Positions 37,001 to 49,552 of a stretch of DNA of 64,000 nt are shown piece by piece. Source of the stretch: Sminthopsis crassicaudata (lineage: Eukaryota); assembly GCF_048593235.1 (NCBI RefSeq), contig NC_133617.1, positions 488,230,958-488,294,957 on the forward strand. Direction: 5' to 3'. The notes beneath the pieces are model-generated. The model saw only the letters and a list, made by a program, of their open reading frames with translations, did not search any database and was not told the origin of the DNA. How positions within the stretch are numbered: the stretch's first letter is position 1; each line of letters opens with the position of its first letter. A program made the translations under genes and the position numbers.

Positions 37001-40000
37001 CAGAAGTTCTTCAGCAGTTGGCATCTTTCTTGTGGCACTAAATCACACTCTAATCTTTAATTTGATTGTCGTTCCTCCATACTAGACTATGTACAGAAAT
37101 CAACCAACCAACTATCTTTGCATTCTGCATAACACTGAACAAAAGAGCTCTTGAACTGTATCATAATTTTTGCTGAATGAACTGTCCAAGATCTTTTTTG
37201 ACTGTACACTGTCATCCACCCCTAAATCTTACCCGTGACCCCCTCGAGCAGCAAACATTTCATGAAAGGGAAATTGTCGATGCAAATCCTTCTCAATGAC
37301 ATCCAGCCACTTAGGGTCTCCAGGGGCCCGCTCCAGCTCCTTCAATGAAATGGAGAAGTTATATCTCTATGCAGCAATCCTCCCCCCCCCCCCACATTCA
37401 AGGGAAAGCTCTCTAGATTCTTCTCCCAACCCTGGTTGTAGTAGAGTCTTGACTTGATCAGAACATTTCAAAATAAATATTCTCCTGACAACTAGCTGTC
37501 ATCCATACCTCAAATTTACCAGGGTTCTGATCTAGGAGTTCCTTGCTGTTGGACAGGAACTGCCAGGCTTTGGCTCTAAGAGATGAGGGGATGCCCTTCC
37601 GGCATCGCAGCTTCACCTAGCAGAAAGGAGACATGGGTGGGAAAGATGACATATATGAGAACAGACTTTTATTCAGCCTAGATAAACCCATCATCAGACT
37701 GATCATCCCCTCAGGACTCATCAAAAAATCTAGTTTCCAGCTCTCAGCAGGGCTGGTCCTCAGGTTATCCCAATGTCAGATAAAATAAAAGCATTTGTGC
37801 CTTAGGTTTATATTTTTAAGATATGTCATTTTCATTCCCCCAACACACAGCACAATATATTATCCAATCTACTTGGCTAATCCTATTCCTGTACATAATT
37901 TTCCCTCAAAGATTTCTAGATGTTTTTTACTTTCTCCCACCCTCCTTATTACTGGAAAGGTTTAAGGGCAGAGAAACTGGAAGGAATAGGAAGGCCTGCA
38001 CAGGTGAAGGGTGTATCAAACTTTGACCTTGCTCTCCCCATTTAAAGTACCTTCTGAAATCGACGAGATAACCACTTATCCCAGTTACTGAACATGTCCA
38101 GCCATTTTAGCTCCCGCTGACGGGCCACATCAACAGGAACAGAACTTTCCCTGGAGGAGAAAGGAAAAAGAGTTCAACTGATGTCACACCAACCATAAGT
38201 TTCTCCATCCTTTCTTCAGTAAACCCTCAAACTTCTCCCTTCCAAATCTCCTCAGATTCCACAACTTCCCATTTTTAAACCCTAATCTTTAGGTGTTAAA
38301 CCATTATATCCATGATGACCTAGCCCAGGGGAACGGAGGCATCAGGGGTCATTCCATTATGTGGTAGGAAGGGGAACAAGGATGACCAGGATCCAGATAG
38401 AGGGAAGGAAGGAGTCATAGCAGTCACACCCCACACCTTGGGAGGGAGTGACTCAGGCCATAGGAGGCAAGGGAACTAGGAAAGAGGGCAGGGCCCAGAG
38501 AGAAGAGGAAATGGAGAGGCACTCTTACCCCTTTCTCCTGTGAAAACCTAGAAGTCCCTGCGCCCTCACTCAAAAAAGTTTCATTCAGTGTTCACCTTCT
38601 CCTAAATCACATTCTACCCCTTTATACTTTGAATGACATCCCACTTCAAGGCAGGAAGGAAGTAAAGAACATGGAATTGGCTCCATATACCCTGGCCCCA
38701 CCCTTCAGGTTAAAATCAGGAATCTCTGGTCACCTAAATTACACTAAAGACATTGTGACTTCCTTGCCTAAATAAAAAATAATCTCCATCGAAGCTTGTA
38801 ATCCAACTAAATTTCTAAATACTAGTCTTAACTGGTTATTTAACCCTTGAACCAATAAGAACTGGTTCCCTACCTGTGGCCACATTTTAATATTAGAGAA
38901 TCACAGGCTATCAGAAGTGGAAGAGGCCTTAGAAACCTAGTACAATCTCTCTTTTTACAGATGAGACAAAACCCAAAGACTACTGAATGACTTGTCTAAG
39001 GTCAACACTGCAAGTTAGGAACAGAAATGAAACTAGAATTCAGATGACCCAGTACTCTCTGCTCCACCATGCTCAACCACACAATGATCAATGGTCAATC
39101 TAATTGAATTAAACTTCCTTTTGAAGTTTAATTCAAAATAACCCTTAATACTGCCTAAGACTGAATTCCAAATAGGAGGAACTATGGAAAGGACAGGACT
39201 TATAAATGTCACCCCTTCTGAAGGGCCCTTTCATCCCATGCCAGGAGTGGTCCCATGGGGTCCCCGGTACTCACAGGCTTCCAGAGTACTGGCTGCCCCC
39301 CAGGAATCCATATTTGTCTGTCTTGCGAAAGGCAAGCCCGTTGATTTCCGAGTCTGAGCCCATGGAGCTCACATCATCTGCCAAAGACTCCAAGGTCCCT
39401 GACATGAGGCTCACAGAGTCCAGGTAGCTCAGGCTGTCTGGGGCCTGTCCCCGAGGTCCTTGAATTCCAGGACCCAAGCTAGACATGGAGCCCAGGTCCT
39501 GGGAACCTTCAGCTGGCTCAGGGGCTGGGGTCACAGTTACCATGGCTACTGGAGTCTCACAGACCGCAAGAGACTCCGTTCCTGTCCCCAGCGGCACCTG
39601 GACGTCTGGGCCTGTCGTTGCCACTACTGCAACTGTTTCACCTGTTGCCATCGTCCCTGTAGCAGCTAGCCCATCTGTTGTCAGTCCTGCTGTTACAATA
39701 GTAGCTGGTCCAGCTGGTCCTGAAGCTACCACCATTCCCGGTTTGGGGGCAACAGGCGGTTTGGCTGTCACTGCACCAGAAGTTGCTACAACAGGCACAG
39801 GAGCTGTACCCTTTGCTGGCATGGACACAGATGCTCCGGAGAGGGCCGAGTCAGCGTCCTGGTCCAGTCTCGATGCTGCCATCGCTTCCGCTGGGGTCAC
39901 TCTCACTGAGCCGGGGACGAGGGAGTCACCTCCCAGGGCTGCCTGCGAGTGCGCTGAGCTTGCTGTTGCTGCCTCCGTCCCCACCTCGGGGGTCACAGCA

Positions 40001-40512
40001 CCCACGGGCAAGGCTGTTCCTGCTGCCGCCCCCGTTCCTGAGGCCGCTGGCCTGCCATGAGGGTCAGAGGCTGACCCCGGCCCAGGCTCTGTCCTTGTGG
40101 TTCCAGTGGTGCGAGGGCTGTCTGTCCTCATCTCCTTGGTGGGTGCGGGGTCAGGATCCGGCCCCAAGGCCGAAGCTGCAGCCACAGCTTCCAGAGTCAG
40201 CACCACTACCGTGCTGCCGCCGGTTCCTGTGCCGCCAGCCGGCCCCGGTGACCCTGCAGTAGGGGCTAGAGGAGGCGGCGGCCGGCTCCCGGGGATGTCG
40301 GGCGGGGGCCTGGGGCCGCCAGACACCCAGGCCGGGCGGGCCTCCCCGGGGGCCACCAGAGTGACTGGAGAGGAGGTGGCTGTGGTCACTGGGGGCCCCG
40401 GTGCCACCACCAGCACAGGCCCAGCCCGGGAGCCCCGAGGTGGTGGGGAGGGGGCCACTGAGGCGCCATGGCGGCGTGGGGGGGCCACCAAGGGCGCCGG
40501 GCCTGTCTCCAT
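34070..40512 (-). CDS. TBC1D10B: TBC1 domain family member 10B (EPI64B, Rab-GAP), 895 aa
   Basis: Coding exons 39275-40512, 38051-38150, 37509-37616, 37233-37339, 36320-36434, 36037-36102, 35732-35921, 34790-34944, 34070-34678 (2688 nt), phase-consistent. TBC motifs [10 protein letters not shown] and YCQAQ; (K/E)RQKQEKE repeats; C-terminal DAYF. Confidence 0.98.
35296..35449 (+). mobile_element. Young WSINE1-like SINE in TBC1D10B intron 7 with 15-bp TSD
   Basis: TSD aatatcagccaacta at 35281-35295 and 35450-35464; intact A/B-box-like head and poly(A). Confidence 0.93.
36560..37140 (+). mobile_element. L2 3' relic in TBC1D10B intron 4
   Basis: ctcaaaagccttcaatgacttc..caaaataaaagtccaaattcctc..ctcaagccc L2-like motifs. 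Confidence 0.55.
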
Positions 40513-40958
40513 GGTGACGGCCCCGCTCCGAGGTGCTCCTCACATCCCCCTCCCCGGAGGCTGGGCCTGGGGGAGGAGCCACCCCACCCACCGGGAGGGA
40601 AAGAGGGAGGGAGGGAGGGAGGGAGGGGGCAGAGGGTGAAGGGCGCGGCCTAGCCAGATGGCGGGCGCCCGAGCAGGAGTGAGAGGGAGGGGGAGGGAGG
40701 GAGGGGAGGGGGAGGAGGGGGCCACACAGGGCTGGCGCCTCGCTGGGGTCCGGCTCGCGCCCTCTCACCCTTGCTCGCGCGCTAACTCTCTCCCCCCTTT
40801 AGGCTGGCGGCCGTCTTCACGCCTGCGCACAATATCGTTAGCTGGGCGGAGCGCTCCCCCCCCCCCCCAACTGGTGCTCCAGTCAAACTACTAGCGCCTG
40901 CGTGAAGTGTGATCCCACCCACCTCACCTTCCCTAGTCTGCCTTCAAGGGGATCCTAG

Positions 40959-41503
40959 CCAATCACTTGGAGACGGAGAGTGTCACTCCTACCAATCGGG
41001 AGAAAGTAGGTGGGATCCTTGGGAAGAGGAAGAGGATGCTGTGAAGCAAAAGCTCTAGAAACCAACCAAAATGTGAGGCAAAGCGGAAGAAGGCGGGCTG
41101 AAGAAAGCAGCCAATTAAAAAAAAAGGGTGTGGCAACGTTTGGCCAATAAAAAAAGTTAGCGAGAGTTTGACCGCGGAAGGATAAAGGAAAGGGTGGAGT
41201 TTGAGGGGGAAAAGGTAGGGGCTGGAGTTTTCTAGCTATTATGGAGAAAAGGAGCCGGGTGAACCAATGAGAAAGGAGTAGTAGGATCCAAATTGACAGA
41301 TGTGATGTCATATGTGGGCGGTGACTGACGGCAAGTATAATCAATAGAAAGCTTTAGAGACATGCGGTCCTCCGGAGAAGCGGAGAAGAGAATGACCGCT
41401 AGTGGGCGGGCTAAGTGTTGAAAGGATTTTCCCTTTTCAGCCAATGAATGCGTCTTCTGAAGCCGGGGGCAGAGGAGAGAAACTGACGACTGTGACAACC
41501 AAT
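40959..41503. promoter_or_regulatory. TBC1D10B upstream promoter / CpG island with seven co-oriented CCAAT boxes
   Basis: CCAAT at 40959, 40992, 41111, 41144, 41264, 41441 and 41499; GC boxes and TGAC/CRE-like sites nearby. Confidence 0.7.
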
Positions 41504-44087
41504 GGATATTTCAATAAAGTCCCGCGGCCGCCAGCGGGCGTGGCGGCGAGGGGGACAGCGGTGACAGTCCGTGGCAGGTGGCGGGAGGCGAGAGCGGGTG
41601 ACTGGAGACTGTCGGGGACAGCGCCTCCTTTCCCCTCCTCCCTGCCTCCCTCTGCGCCCTTTATCCCCTGGAAATGCTCTGCACGCCGTGGGAGCGTCAA
41701 ACATTTGCTAGGAGTGAATGGCTCTCCAGCCCGGAACATTTCCCCCCAGAAATCCCAGTCTGCCCGTGCTGGGCGTGCTGCCTGATTCCAGCGCTTAGCA
41801 CGGGTCCGGGCATATAGTAGGCGCTTAATAAATGATCTGTCTTGATTTGATCCGTTTCCTCGCTCCCTCCCCCTTCTCCCTCATGACTCTCTGGAATCCC
41901 CTTCCCAGCCACTCAGCATTTCTCTCGATACCATTCCCCACTCAACTTTCCTGAACCCTTAAACTTTCCCCCAGTAATCCCGTTCTGCCCAGAATTCAGA
42001 CACCAGATATCCCAACCCGCAGACCCCATCCTGAGACCCTCCGCAGTTCCCTGATCTTTCTCTAAAGCATCTCGTTTTTTTATCCAGGACCCAGATTCCA
42101 GGCCCTGGATTTCAAGTCGTCCTGGAGTTCCTCCATAAGCGCTCTGGGGCCCCGTTTCATACCTAGAACTCCAAAGTTTATTAATTGGCAGGATTTGGGA
42201 GTCTGGGGGAACTCCATTCCCTATCCAGAACTCAAGCATCCAATTCGCTCTCTTTTCTCCTCACCTTTCCTGCAGCCCCCCCAATCTCTCCCTGAGATGA
42301 GTTCCGTGGACAATTCAGTGTTCCTCTGATTTCTTCCTGCGTCTCCATTCCCTACCCAGAAGCCGGAGCCCTACTTTTCAGACACCCTACAGACAGAACT
42401 ATAGACCCCAGGAATAATTAATCTCTGCTCTCCCCAGCCATAGTCTAAGTCCCCTCTCCCCATCTCACTGGGTCCCAGTTGCCCATATAAGGTTCTTCAG
42501 CAGTGGGGCCCTGGGGTCAGGGGATAGGGTGGGAGGGGAGGGTGAGTTGGGAGGCCAGCAGGGGGGCAGCTGGTGCTAAGTTTAGGTGGCTCCTTCCCCC
42601 CTCCCATCAGAGACAACAGGTGGCCTGTCCCCAGTGCCCAGAAAGGAAAATGTCTTAGAGGCACTGGCGTGGTCCTGGGGGAGGAGCATTCTCAGAGGCA
42701 AGGAGCACTCCCCAGACCGGCAAGTTCTTGCAGAAGAGACAAGCTTTTTAGGGTCCCCTAATCTGCTGGGCTCTATTCATGTTCTCAGGTCCATCCCCTA
42801 AACCTAACATGTTCTCTTTCATTAGCCATTCATGCTTTTGGTCCTTAGCCACACAGTGCCGGATTTTCTTTCTGGGGGGTGGGGGTGGGGTCACTATGGC
42901 CTTGCCTTCAGGTCTCCTTTCCCCTACCTAAGAGAGAACAAATTATTTGTCAGAACGGCTTAGGACATTCTCTTGCTCACAAACTTTCAGAAAATCCCTG
43001 TGACCCATAGGATCAAGTCTGAACTAGCCTATTACTCAAGGCCCTCTAGGCCTAACTTCCTTTTCTAGCCTAACTACTCACAATTTCCTGAAGAAAGGGA
43101 AGGGATTAAGCACTTATTAATCACCTACCTTGGGTCAAATGCTTTACAAATGTCTTCCCATTTGTCCCTCAAAAACCACCCTGAGAGGTAGATACTATTA
43201 TTATCCCTACTTTATGTATGCGGGAACCGAAGTTCAGAGAAGTTAAGTGATTTGTCCTGAGTTACACAGCTAGTATCTAAGGCCAAATTTGAGCTCAGTT
43301 CTTCCTGCCTCCAAATCCCAGGACTCTGTCCACTATGGCACTAGGTTAGGAATCCTCACACGTTCAGATTTTTGGCATGTTTCCTAACATTGGTCTCCCG
43401 TTTGCAATGCCTTTTCCTGACCCTTCTAAGTTTTATCTATCTGTCAAAGCCCAGAGTAAATCCCATCTCCTCTATGGAGAATTCTTAGATTCCCAGTCCC
43501 GCAATGATTTTTTTTCCTTCCTTTATATTTCAACTTTGGTTATTGCTGGGAACACACATGTGGTATCTAGCATAACATCCTGGTATTGTTAGCTCATCCT
43601 CAGTATGAAAATGTTTTACTTCCCGTTGGACTCCATAAGGAAGGGATGGATCTTATTCCTTTTCATACCTCCTTTACTGCCCAGGAAGCCAATGACCTCC
43701 CTGACTTCTCATTCCTTCCCCAGTCTAGTCTCCCTGAACCTTTATGCCATCCTGAAGGCCCATCCTGACTTCATCTGCCACACCCACACTCTGCCTCCCC
43801 CCCCCCACAACTGGTACACTCGTCCTTCACGAAGACCCATGCCTGAGTTAGAACCAACCCTAAGATCTCCCTCCATCTCCAGTTGCTTCCCTCCCCCTCA
43901 CTTCTCCAAGAAAGGAGAAGCCTGTGAGCTGGAGCTATTTCGGTATCTTGGGTAGCCATCTGTTCCCCCCCCCTTCATCCCTCCCCCACATTGGCCCCTG
44001 GCTCCTTTTTTACCCAGCCCCTCCCTTTCCCAACTCTAAGACTCGGCTAAGGTTACCCTGGTATGTTAAAGGCTCCCCAGGGTGGGG

Positions 44088-44094
44088 TATATAA
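44088..44094 (+). promoter_or_regulatory. MYL11 TATA box
   Basis: TATATAA about 95 nt upstream of the ATG|gtaagt exon 1. Confidence 0.8.
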
Positions 44095-44184
44095 CCCCAG
44101 AGGAATTGTCCAAACCTCGTCACTTTGCTCCGATTCCTGCCAGCGTCCCACCAGAGCCGTCACCCAACCCCATAGAGAGAAGAT

Positions 44185-45051
44185 ATGGTAAGTGACATCT
44201 CTTACCCCTTCCCCACCCTAAGACCTCCAGACACAGCCTCCCAACTCTGTTAAATTCCAGGACAACTTCTCTGGGGAAGAACAGGAACATTTTTTGAAGA
44301 AGTGAGAGCTAAAAAGATGATTCTGTGGAGATCAAGGGAGAAAAGTTTAACCTCCTAGAAAAAGATGTCAGTAACAAAGACGGGAATGTCCCTAACATGA
44401 TGAAGTATCAAAATGTTAAAGGTAGAAAAAACCTTTGAGATCACCTCGTCCAGCCCTTTCACTTTACGGATAGAGAAACTGAGGCTCAGAGAGTCATAGT
44501 GTGACTTGCTTAAGATTGAGTAGTGAGTGAGCAACAGAGCAGACAATTAAACTGGAACTGATAAAACATCCCCTACTAACCTACTCCCACTTCCATCCTC
44601 ACCCACCCCACCCAAAAAGACAAATCTCTACCCAAATAATATTACATTGAAAATATCGCTCAGTGTTCAAGAATAGATGTACTTAAAGTTATTCCAGTAA
44701 CTGCTATTGTAACACCTGGAAGAAATTCCTAGCTCATCCCCCTCTAATATTGCCTTAAGATTGGAGGATCATAGAGCTATAAATAGTAGGATAGTGTTTG
44801 CTTTAAGACATCAGAATCTGCCAACTTGACCTGCCAACATTGAATCAGAGAAGTTGACCTCTTCCAAGTCTAACTTCTAAGATCAGAAAAACCCCATCAG
44901 CATTACTGCAGATGTGACTGGCAATCCCCTCTCATCTCCCTCCACCTTCACCTTTGTAAGAAAATCCAGTTCCTTCAGAGTTATTCTAGGAACAAAGACC
45001 TTAGTCAAACGTTACTCCAGAGACTGTGATGAAATCCTCCCTACACTTCCC

Positions 45052-45100
<49 letters not shown>

Positions 45101-47895
45101 AGAAGAATCCATAGCCCCATAGCCCAGTTAGTGAAATAATAGGATTTAAGGGACTCTAAATAGACCGTCTAGTCTCAATGTCTGTTATTTTCCCCAGGAA
45201 AAATAATTTGCTTGAGGTCATAAAGCTAGTGATAGAGATCCCTGAAGTACAGCTCTGATCCTATTCTCTTCCTCCTCCCAAATCTTCAGAATACAGTCTT
45301 GTATTAGAGCATACTGGAATAGCAGAAACACTCTCACGATACCCTGACAACAAAGATAATTCGGCTAATAACCATGGTCTGAGTTTTCTGAGATAACTGA
45401 GCCTTTCTCCCCATCATCTACCTTGATCTGGTCCTACACCAGCCAAATTCAGAGTCAGTTTTTAGTCAAGAAGAGATAAGTGATCAATCTTTCTGTCCAA
45501 CTAAAGGGAAAGAGTTCTGTCTCTATGAGAAAAGAAATGTTGGAAAGAGAGGGGAATAGAAAGAGAGAGACAGAGAAAAGGGGAGAGNNNNNNNNNNNNN
45601 NNNNNNNNNNNNNNNNNNNNNNNNNNNNNNNNNNNNNNNNNNNNNNNNNNNNNNNNNNNNNNNNNNNNNNNNNNNNNNNNNNNNNNNNNNNNNNNNNNNN
45701 NNNNNNNNNNNNNNNNNNNNNNNNNNNNNNNNNNNNNNNNNNNNNNNNCTCCATGGGAGTGTCTATTTTCCTGCCAGTAGTATGTTCCTTATAGATCTCC
45801 TGGCCCCATCACCACCACCATCATTACTACTACCACTCTATCACTTTGGGGGTGCAATAGAGACCATAAATAATCAAGGGATGAGACAGTCAATCTGCTC
45901 AGATCCCCACATGCTCACTCCTGCACTGAGGACTTTAGCCTGTCTTCCCTTCCCTTCTACTCTATGGTGACTGATTCTCCAGTGATTTTTCACTAAGCCT
46001 TGCTAGCCTGAAGGTCTTGGGCATCTGACCTTTTTGTCTTCCCATCTCCTCTCCCTTAGGCACCCAAGAAGGCCAAGAGAAGGGCAGCAGAGGGTGGCAG
46101 CTCCAATGTCTTCTCCATGTTTGACCAAACACAAATCCAGGAGTTTAAGGAGGTAAGGAGCAGGGGGGTGGGCACTGAGAGTAAGGGGCATGAGGGGAGG
46201 TGATAAGAGAATAAGGAATCCTGGTGGCAGGCTACTTTCATGAAGCCAGGTGTCCTAGGTCCCCAGCTGTCAATCAACATGATTTCCTCCAACTCTGAGT
46301 TCTTCTCCCCCCCTTTCCTTCCCCCCACTCCCTGGAATGTGCACCTGTCCCAGAGTAGGGATGGAGATGAAGGAAAGGAGAGATGGAGAATTCCTTGGTT
46401 CCTGGGGGCCGATCTAGCAGGGGGACAGCTGGGCTGAGGTGGGGGGAGGAATGGAACAGAGAATGAAGTGGGGACCCTGCTGAGTCCTAGGAATGAAAAT
46501 AAATGGTAGAACCCCCCAGACTCTCTCTTTTCCTGTCCTGCAACAATCTCCTCCCTTCCTAGGCCTTCACCGTCATTGACCAAAACCGAGATGGCATCAT
46601 TGACAAGGAAGACCTAAGGGATACCTTTGCAGCCATGGGTAAGAATGCCTCTGTCCCTTGGCCCTTGAGTCCTGATCATATAAACACAAAAAACCCAAGC
46701 CTCTTAGCCTTCTCTATCTTAGTCTTTGGTAGCCACTGTTGTCTTCAGACTTGACTTAGCCCCTCTGTCTCAGCTTCTCATAGAGTCCAAGTTATTAATT
46801 AAATTAAATAATTATTAAAGTTGGAAGGAACATTATCACAGAATCCAGTCTCCCCAATTTCCGGAGGAGAAAACAAAGGCACAGAAAGGTGATTTGCCCA
46901 ACATTATACAACCTTTTGCTGGCAATGGTGGGACCCATCCCTGCCTGGGTCATTGCATTCATTCCTGGCCCTTCCCAGAATCCTATTGCCTAGCTTATTT
47001 GTCCTACCAGCTTCCTCCCTACACACCCTATTAACCAGCCTTTCCCAGTAGCACAATTTGAAAACCATCCTCTTCCCCATCTCCCCCATAGGCCGACTGA
47101 ATGTGAAGAATGAGGAACTGGATGCCATGATGAAGGAGGCCAGTGGACCCATCAACTTCACTGTCTTTTTGACCATGTTTGGAGAGAAATTAAAAGGTGG
47201 GTTTAATGGTCTTAGGTATATATATTACCCCTCTTACCTTACTCTCTTTGGGGCTCCAGGACTCTCCCCCAAGAAATACACCCTTCTCCCCAAAACATGG
47301 AAACTTAGCTTCCAGCTTTCCCTGCCTCCAGGTGCTGATCCAGAGGATGTGATCACTGGAGCCTTCAAAGTCCTGGACCCTGAGGGGAAGGGATCCATCA
47401 AGAAGCAGTTGTGAGTAGAGGCTTATTGGTCTGTTCACAGGCAGCTCTCTCCCTATCTCTAAGGTCCCATGCTCTCCCTTCATATCCTGCTCCATGTTTC
47501 TAGGCCCAGATCTTCCCATCTGTAACTTTTTTTTTTTATTTTTGGGGTAAGGAGATAGCCACTATTCTCCAAAATAAACTGATTTATTCCCAATAACTCG
47601 TCTTTTCTCTCCAGTCTGGAAGAGCTGCTCACCACCCAGTGTGACCGATTTTCTCAGGAGGAGGTAAGTTTTTTGGAAGAAGAAAATTGAGGAAAAGAAA
47701 AAGGGAAAGCCTTTCCATTTAAGGGAGGAGAGAGGGAAGAAGGAGGTTCCTGTGGAAGATGGCTTCCTCAATCACTTGTCTCTATTCCAGATCAAGAACA
47801 TGTGGGCAGCCTTCCCCCCAGATGTAGGCGGCAATGTGGACTACAAGAACATCTGCTATGTCATCACTCATGGAGATGCCAAGGACCAGGAGTAG
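44185..47895 (+). CDS. MYL11: Myosin regulatory light chain, fast skeletal (MYLPF), 169 aa
   Basis: Coding exons 44185-44187 (ATG only), 46060-46152, 46563-46638, 47092-47196, 47332-47410, 47615-47663, 47791-47895 (510 nt). [22 protein letters not shown]; EF-hand [12 protein letters not shown]; ends HGDAKDQE. Confidence 0.98.
45053..45098 (+). repeat. (CA)n microsatellite
   Basis: About 23 uninterrupted CA units in MYL11 intron 1. Confidence 0.95.
45588..45748. other. Assembly gap (161 N) after a GA-rich tract
   Basis: Run of N in MYL11 intron 1. Confidence 1.
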
Positions 47896-47982
47896 AGACC
47901 TCCAGAGCCTCAATCTCCCTTCTTTGGTCCCCTGGAATGGGGAGCATTGAGCTCCTCTGGATCTGAACCCTTTTATCCCCCA

Positions 47983-47988
47983 AATAAA
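47983..47988 (+). terminator. MYL11 poly(A) signal
   Basis: AATAAA 87 nt after the stop codon, followed by a GT-rich tract. Confidence 0.85.
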
Positions 47989-49546
47989 GATAATCTTGTG
48001 TTTCTTATTAGTGACCTTAATATATTTCTGTGTAAGGGATTCAGGGGAAGAGAGGGGATCTTTGTTTTTCACCTAAAATGAGGAAATCTGGTGAACATGG
48101 GATTAGGACTGAAAAAGTTCCTCTGGAAAGCTGCTGATGCAGGAAAACCTATGCAAAAAGTTTTTTGTGTGAAGTCTCTAGTTGGATTCCATGAGAGGGC
48201 TGAACTGGGACCTAGAGTGATAAAAAGAACTAAAATCAAGTCAAAGACTCCTGCCTCCTCTTCCATATGTCCATACAGTAGACCTTGGGGTACTCTTAAT
48301 TTCGATCAAATAAAGGACATTTTGGAACAAATAGGAATGTTAAGGGCAGTGAGTAGGAAAGGAGGGAAGATTTGCCTGCATTCATAAGATGATAGAACTG
48401 GAAGGAACCTTAGAAATTTAAAAGTACAACCTCTCTCATTTATAGGGAAACTGAGGCACAGAGAAGTTAATGACTTGCTCAGAGTCACAAACAAGTGTCC
48501 AGTTTTCCTGATTCACCATACAAAGCCACTACCAATGGCTTAAGACCATACAAAAAAGTCCCTTCCCATCTCTGGATCTCAATGTTTTCATTGCTAGAAT
48601 GAGAGAGCCGGATTCGAGGGCTTTTATTATAATGTCTAACTCTAAGATCCTACAACCTTATGAGCATATGAGGGAAATGTATATGCACGGTGGAGGTTAT
48701 GTAAGTGTCTATGTGCATGGAAGGCGTGTACATTCAGGGAAGGAAATGTATGTAGATGTTTGTGGAGAGTTTATATGTGAGAAGAGGAAAGTCTTAAGGC
48801 TGTAGCAAGATGTACATGTATGTAAAGGAAAGGCATATATGTCTAAAAAGTTATATTTGTGGGAGAAGTATAAATATGTATAGGGGCATTTTGCAGAGGA
48901 ACATATGGTATATATCTTTCAAATATTTGGGAGGAGCCTATGTACACACACACACACACACACAGGGAGAGTATATCCATGCATGAGGTTGGAGAGTACA
49001 TACAGAATGTGAGAAGGGGAGTGTATATGTTTGTGGGGAGGATGGGCAGCACGGGGCGGGGGAGGGGCTGCAGGATATTGCATCAGGGACAATCTGCTGC
49101 TAGCTCAGGCTAGCCCAGGGATGGAGTGATACCAGGACTCAGTCTGGGATGGGGGTGGGGCCCAGCACTGCCTTTCCCAGCTCCTCCCTCACCAGCCCTT
49201 TAGTTCGATGGCTGCTAAAGGCTATAACTCCATTAGGCTCCTTAAGGGACCTGGCTAGCTTGTTTCCCCAGTCCCAGGCACTCCCTTTGTCCTCTCAGAT
49301 TGCCGGAGACAGGGTCTCCACCCCCTCCCTATTCCAGTCTGGCATGCAGCAGGGTTGGGCCCCTCTAGAACTAAGGGAAGCATTTGGTCTGGCTGTTGCT
49401 ATTCTTCTTTCCCGGCTCAAACATTAAGCAGGTGTTTCCCAAGCCACAGACTACCCTCTTCTCCCCCTACCCTGCCCCAACACAAGACTATTTTCCCCAC
49501 CCCTCTTCAGCAATAAGCAGAGCAAGGACCCCGAGAGAAACACATT

Positions 49547-49552
49547 TTTATT
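49547..49552 (-). terminator. SEPTIN1 poly(A) signal
   Basis: AATAAA on the minus strand about 400 nt after the stop, followed by aatgtgtttctctc. Confidence 0.7.

Noticed and set aside
37339-37343. Unusual AAG acceptor of TBC1D10B exon 4 as a sign of gene damage
   Set aside because: Still a canonical AG, the frame is preserved and the exon matches the expected protein.
39206-40894. Long + strand and alternative-frame ORFs over TBC1D10B exon 1
   Set aside because: GC-rich, stop-poor antisense or shifted frames; the two minus-strand ones I checked (40768, 40725) start at GTG; no recognisable domains.
45455-45794. ORFs spanning X residues
   Set aside because: Artefacts of the N gap.
48091-48387. 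98-aa + strand ORF downstream of MYL11
   Set aside because: Lies beyond the MYL11 poly(A) signal, has no similarity I recognise, and runs into a MIR.
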